NCBI GenBank assembly: GCA_044892505.1
Contig: CM097884.1
Location: forward strand, 19,096,001-19,160,000
DNA: 64,000 bases
From: Schmidtea nova
Lineage: Eukaryota
Direction of reading: 5' to 3'
The translations under genes and the position numbers were made by a program. Every line of letters begins with the position of its first letter. The first letter of the stretch is position 1. Under the pieces are notes generated by a model that did no database searches, was not told the DNA's origin, and worked only from the letters and a program-made list of their open reading frames with translations. Shown here one piece after another: positions 60,501 through 64,000 of this stretch.

Positions 60501-62756
60501 TGGGGCAAAGAATCATTATTTGCGCACTATCCACAGCTTTTAATATCAGTGTGGGAAGTGTGTATGCACATCTGCAGGATATAGATGTCCGAAAATTGTG
60601 TTCACGATTCGTACCTCATTGAAATCGGAAATCGTTGCGTTGCCTGTGAAAACAATATCGACATCTAAATGCAGCATGTTGGCAAGTTCTTAAAAAAGAT
60701 GAAACCCAACTTAGGACATATATTTATGAGTCCAAAGGGAACTGTGCTAGGTGAAAATTACCTAGTGGAAGCCTTCAATCAAAATAAGATCATTGGATGA
60801 TCATGCTTTACTGGGACAGCAAAGACATTGTGTACATGGAATTTTCTGACAAATTAGTGAAGATTAATACAAAATACTGAAATATCCAAATGAAAACATC
60901 CAAAAAAGAAAAGACAGTCAGGGACGCAGTTGGGATTTTTGCATGATAATGCGCCTGTTCACATATTTTTCAGGCTGGCTTGACACTTCTTGTATCTTGC
61001 TTATGGTTTCGATCTCATGCCCAGCGACCACAACCTCTTTTGACATTTAAAGAAGCATCTGAGAGAAAAATTATTTACATTCGCAGAGGACTTACAGCGT
61101 GCGGTTGAGGAGTTCTTTGAGTAATGTGTCTAGTATTCCTTAAAAAAATTCTATTGATTTTATTTTCATCTTGTACCAAGACTTATCGAATCTATTTGTG
61201 TATGTATTCAAATTAAACTTTTATAAATTAAAAATAAAACTATTTTAAAACTGAAGAGCAATATTTCATAGGTTATCTTTTTTCAATTTAAACTAACTTT
61301 AATGCTCTTCAAATGACGATCGCATTTATTTGAAATTATATAAAATCAGATACGATATAAATAATTATTAATAATAATATAGCAGAATATATATTACAGA
61401 AAACTGAAATATATTGTTTAATTCAGTAGATCAACATGATTGAGGAGAGCAGAATACCATGAAAAATGAGCCAATAAAATGATTTTCAAATAATTAAAAT
61501 ATAAATTCAATAAATCTTCAACACTTCTCAAATCAAAATCAAAGACTTAGTTTAACACAAATCATTTTCACTTTAGTGAAAATAATTTTATTTTATTGAT
61601 CACTAATTAAAAATTTATTTTTTAAATAAATTACAATCTATTTCTTTCTTTTCTAATGTTTTGATTTTTGCTTTAGTCAATGATTAATATAATAAGTGGG
61701 AAAATAACAAAAAAGTCACGTTTCATTTGTTAGAAATTAAAAAAATAATTTTATATTTTGAAATTTTATACAAAAGAGGACAAATTGATTGAGATTTTAA
61801 CAATTTTTGCAAAAAAAGTCAGTTTAAATTCACAGTCAGTTATTTCAACTTAAGTTTTTTTCAATTTCTACTTGGTTTATACTTTTTAAGTTTAGAAAAT
61901 ATGATCGCAAATAATGTATCACAATCAGAATTTTCGCCATGGGACCTTTTATAGACAATATTTTATATTATAAGACAAGTTTATAGTAGAAGGAAAATAT
62001 ATTTTAATTTAGCTTCATTAAGCAAGCACTGCTGTATTGTTAAAATATTACAGTGGTGTTTCAGACTGAACGCGGCCAAACCACCTGTCAAATTATTACA
62101 TAAATCCTTTTTTTTCATCCTTAAATTGTTTAACTTTACTTTCAAAGTTTAGATGAGATTAAGTATCACTTTTATAAATCTATTTTTGTTTTTCATTTAT
62201 TCAATTCCAGCGCATTATTGAATACAGCATATGTGAAGATTGTTGATTGCTAAAGACAATAAATAGATTTTTATTCAGGCATAAGAAATACGGTTACCCG
62301 GTTTATTTGGAACGACCATTTTCGCGAAACAGGTATTTACAAACTAGGTTTGGAGTGCACTTAATTATAATAAAAAATCTTTTTTTTTCCTTACATTTGA
62401 TATTTTATTTATGATTTTGTTTATTTTCATTTATTCAAAATCATAAACGAAGTTGTAATAAAAATGTCAAATTATATATATATATTGGTGACTGTTTACT
62501 TGTTGACGTTTAAAACGAGAAAAGTTTCAATAATTGAAATCATTTCAGATTCGCCTTGCGGCGATTCAATAATGATCATATCCTTCAATCAATCTTGCAT
62601 TTATTACAAACTTTCATTAGCTATCTGCTGATGTTGGCGTTTATGACATTCAATGTTTGGATATGTCTGGCTATTTTACTTGGGTCGATGGTTGGGTATT
62701 TCATTTTTGGATGGAGAAAATCGTTGATTTTGGAAAATTTGGATCACTGTCATTAA
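39090..62756 (+). CDS. SLC31A1: high-affinity copper transporter CTR1 (SLC31A family); exons 39090-39212, 39256-39322, 39404-39462, 40412-40578, 62279-62332, 62549-62756 (225 aa)
   Basis: His/Met-rich N-terminus, MYFN, TM1 ending LYEGLK|TYREVLL, TM2 MLAFM (MxxxM), TM3 GSMVG (GxxxG), C-terminal HCH. All six exons have GT-AG boundaries and consistent phases (678 nt). Exon 5 is the least certain, and extra exons in the large intron cannot be excluded. Confidence 0.9.
42127..42190. repeat. (TTA)n microsatellite at the left terminus of the Penelope complex
   Basis: About 21 TTA units continuous with the GAT AAT AAT AAT motif of the element end. Confidence 0.9.
42191..44531 (-). mobile_element. 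inverted, 5'-truncated Penelope-like element copy (ORF 42372..44567)
   Basis: Near-identical to the + copy (4 aa differences seen: P/S, H/P, A/S, F/L); includes the 3' UTR and pLTR. Confidence 0.95.
42237..42276 (-). ncRNA. non-canonical hammerhead-like motif, inverted pLTR copy
   Basis: Exact reverse complement of 44844-44883. Confidence 0.6.
44844..44883 (+). ncRNA. non-canonical minimal type I hammerhead-like motif in the Penelope pLTR (copy upstream of the ORF)
   Basis: ACAC-TTGATAA-A-GGC TGT GCC-GAAA-TAT-T-GTGT: stem I ACAC/GTGT, core U3..A8, stem II GGC/GCC, ATAT palindrome in place of helix III. Activity not shown. Confidence 0.6.
44917..47514 (+). CDS. Penelope-like RT + GIY-YIG endonuclease, intact 865 aa
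   Basis: N-terminal HLHFLKECKRRNIIPVGL; RT motifs LPKDHK..GRPLVS, SLDVSNLYGSIP, GLAMGNNLSPILA, WKRYIDDIF, IPFLD; endonuclease NIVYKLSC..C.ATYIGET.RTFRTRLNEH. Confidence 0.97.
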   Translation: MRIIDNNNKKRSKVKKDNYDSILADAHHRVDLSLFYSLKIIKIKSHLHFLKECKRRNIIPVGLTVTNKLESTYPSLQALKLKEKQEKEWLKLSISACYKKLNEFTSFPCAPLTCEDNTCCQNFSKNLDIRKHKKLEKLLSTNSNNTKDTNSHSNSILPFTNKSNHIFSKTQENILALGPSFVPPSNQKDLEKAEIITNASLISLRRQIGYHLKPISSTKSSSLAEKHNHLLDPNRRTYPNMPVFSTELEEKLSCLETKVKTLVREQIIFLEKHCSTQNSFTSNIKKIKNSKDFTILPSDKTNRLISLDTEQYNTLFEEHLSNYEPINKIILPASTQILYNKKLSTLANKQINLQIKDLLLKCNCSEPLPSNMTMLPKDHKSPLKGRPLVSAVDTPSTTLSKVLSEILKTLLPLVPSHLKNTTEFVSEITNTSLPLNSGQQYFWGSLDVSNLYGSIPLHGENNIFDIAASFFETHKANTDLADLTKQDFIELLKLAINSDTVIIKEKPFKQIHGLAMGNNLSPILAIFYMNFIESKIISFFGDKILFWKRYIDDIFIVSTIPLNQILSHANSTNTNIQFTFETPNTEGKIPFLDTMVSFTKGQDTLNANTELYSKGLHSGHILPWKSHVPLQRKIALLIGERKRAIRNCSDANKIQETLENFKIRFLQNGYPEDFVKKHFLNEPYHNKRNNRKRQKHNNNNKHTTYLRLPFLNDTTANKITNIFNQTDLPIHIRPTFITSAPLKSQLRKPPISNISKHKCLCRSTTRCFCFSKNIVYKLSCQKCDATYIGETHRTFRTRLNEHTKIKTSNYYEHWEKVHKTTPSIEETKCQILQEGFKNSLQRLASETFFIKKYKPSINIQFAQKN
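47610..47649 (+). ncRNA. non-canonical hammerhead-like motif, downstream pLTR copy
   Basis: Identical to 44844-44883, 2766 bp downstream. Confidence 0.6.
48873..48914 (-). ncRNA. minimal type I hammerhead ribozyme
   Basis: ATAGCA-CTGATGA-GAGC AAAAT GCTC-GAAA-CTAGT-C-TGCTAT: complete core, GUC cleavage triplet, palindromic ACTAGT helix III. Confidence 0.92.
49169..49210 (+). ncRNA. minimal type I hammerhead ribozyme
   Basis: ATAGCA-CTGATGA-GAGC AAAAA GCTC-GAAA-CTAGTC-TGCTAT. Confidence 0.92.
49309..49935 (+). mobile_element. diverged 5'-truncated Penelope fragment (endonuclease region, 3' UTR, pLTR)
   Basis: Matches 47096-47690 with many substitutions; pLTR motif at 49840-49876. Confidence 0.9.
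51591..51700 (+). mobile_element. degenerate Penelope pLTR fragment abutting the retrozyme cluster
   Basis: ctgataaaggctgtgccgatatattgtg...gatctatagtcatccattatggg. Confidence 0.75.
51747..51788 (-). ncRNA. minimal type I hammerhead ribozyme
   Basis: ATAGCA-CTGATGA-GAGC CAAAA GCTC-GAAA-CTAGTC-TGCTAT. Confidence 0.92.
52129..52170 (-). ncRNA. minimal type I hammerhead ribozyme
   Basis: Identical to 51747-51788, 382 bp away in the same orientation. Confidence 0.92.
52314..52355 (+). ncRNA. minimal type I hammerhead ribozyme with a stem II mismatch
   Basis: Core intact; stem II is GAGC/GGTC (one G-G mismatch). Confidence 0.8.
53270..54900 (-). pseudogene. degenerate hAT-like transposase remnant with TACTGACC subterminal repeats
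   Basis: ORF 54475..54828 (RDAIRLTSEEIII..LKKRIFEIR..LVSLMQCL) resembles hAT mid-regions from memory; LCDLGFSTL near 53545; short repeats at 53225-53390. Confidence 0.45.
56400..57250 (+). pseudogene. highly degraded mariner remnant
   Basis: Traces of VPH.L, ITEDK (ITGDE-like) and G.YVE; mariner-like end ACTTATTGAACTCACC at 57229-57244. Confidence 0.5.
57520..59006 (+). mobile_element. 5'-truncated Penelope copy with an inverted pLTR at its left end, embedded in (TA)n
   Basis: Inverted pLTR 57520-57648, 12-nt foreign linker CCGCCCCGGACA, RT/EN fragment from 57661 (ORF 57734..58306, frameshifted), 3' UTR and pLTR to 59006; (TA)n at 57464-57518 and 59007-59025. Confidence 0.93.
59030..59930 (-). 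pseudogene. degraded gag remnant related to Gypsy element 2
   Basis: YNGR*SKEAEKWIQAID resembles YDGRGSKEAEEWIRDIE; a VRD..MKEIIL-like segment resembles ARDARLKEILL. Confidence 0.55.
60166..61200 (+). pseudogene. degraded mariner transposon
   Basis: TA followed by a CGTGATGCGTTTACAAAGT mariner-like TIR; HDNAPVH and P.DH.LF..LKKHL....F...EDLQRAVEEFF remnants. Confidence 0.75.
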
Positions 62757-63479
62757 ATGGAATATATTATGTAACACTACTAGTGAATCCATTTCATTAT
62801 TGTTATCAATAGTAATTCGGTATTATATATACTTGTTAATGTTGTTATCAAGTCTAAATTATTTTCACGTAAAATTTTGAAAAATGTTTTCTGTCAATTA
62901 TATATTGGATATTTTTGTCGATCTTATCGTAAATATCAATTTATTGGTTGTGTGAGAATCAGATCAAAGTTTTTTTCAAATTCAAAGTTCACGTAAGTAC
63001 ATTGTGCGAACTCTAAAACAACATGTTATTTCCTTTTGATTATATAAGATTTGGTGAGTTTCTATTTATAATTAATTATACATCACAATAACACTATTGA
63101 ATTCATTTCACTCGATTTGTTTGTGTTCACTTGATGGCAAATATAATATTTTTATTATAATTTTGGTGAAATTTCTCTAAGTTGAATCATTATTGTAAAT
63201 AATAATTTTGGTAAATATATCCATTTATTTGAAAAGATAGCAGTTAAAATTAATATTTTTTGCAAAAATCTATAATTATTTCCAAATAAAAAATTGTAGA
63301 GCTTAACTAAAAATATTTATTGGGTTTGCTAGACTTTCGGTAGGAATTGAATTTTAATTTGACTACAAGTGTTTTTATATCAGAACAAATTAAGACTTAT
63401 TTTCATTCTAACAACCTTTCACCAATTCAAAGTTTTGGATCTTCAACGATCCTTAAAATGAACTTAACATATTTATATA

Positions 63480-63560
63480 AATCATCAAACAACAAATCAG
63501 ATGAGTATGGTGGATGAGGAACAGTTTTTAAATTTATGTCTACAGACTTCACTTGAGTAA
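63480..63560 (-). pseudogene. small mariner fragment
   Basis: VPHPPYSSDL (HPPYSPDL motif). Confidence 0.55.
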
Positions 63561-64000
63561 GAGCAACTTTAAATAGGTACATGTTTTCCTGTATAAAAAT
63601 ATAAAATAATGAGTTAATTAAAGAAGAATAGCAACATTCGAGATTCGTTGTTTGATTTTTAGGTAATCTATCAATAAATATAAATCGGTCTTTGTAATCC
63701 CACAATTTTAGAAAGGTTTTTCTTAATAGTTATTGAAATATATATTTACGTCACTTTCATCTTTCTAACTTTATGCTGAAAACCAAAAATAGAAATATAT
63801 AATTAAAAAAATTATATTGGCAAACGTCAACTACTTTAGCTCAGTGTTCTCACTTCTCCTTACTAAGGTCAATCCGGCGAGAAGACAAAAACGCTCTTCA
63901 AACTGTATTTATTTTGTACAGTGGAACCTTCATACAATCACACTCTAGGGACCTACTTAAAAGTGTGACTAGAGTTTATCCAAAAATTTCCTATATGATC

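Overview
AT-rich, repeat-dense eukaryotic (probably invertebrate animal) genomic window with nine N-gaps. Two host genes are recognisable on the + strand: the last three coding exons of VPS26 (18959-22247) and a complete six-exon CTR1/SLC31A-type copper transporter (39090-62756) whose fourth intron is about 21.7 kb. The rest is mostly mobile DNA: two related Ty3/Gypsy LTR retrotransposons, four hAT elements or remnants, a Tigger/pogo element, mariner remnants, a probable non-autonomous Helitron, and a family of Penelope-like elements (PLEs) that includes one intact 865-aa RT + GIY-YIG ORF. Both Gypsy elements have AGTT-starting LTRs, an identical PBS and clear -1 frameshift signals. The most interesting signal is RNA-level. 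(i) Five canonical minimal type I hammerhead ribozymes lie in a highly self-complementary, non-coding 382-nt unit (retrozyme-like) that is physically fused to Penelope fragments. (ii) A non-canonical hammerhead-like motif (U3-A8 covariation, extra A after A9, helix III reduced to an ATAT palindrome) occurs in the Penelope pseudo-LTR nine times. Several ribozymes of both kinds are sense-oriented inside the CTR1 intron. There is also an orphan, intronless, poly(A)-tailed element encoding a Pro/Ser/Thr-repeat protein with an unrecognised C-terminal domain (8100-10580). All calls come from manual reading and translation; no database searches or folding programs were run.
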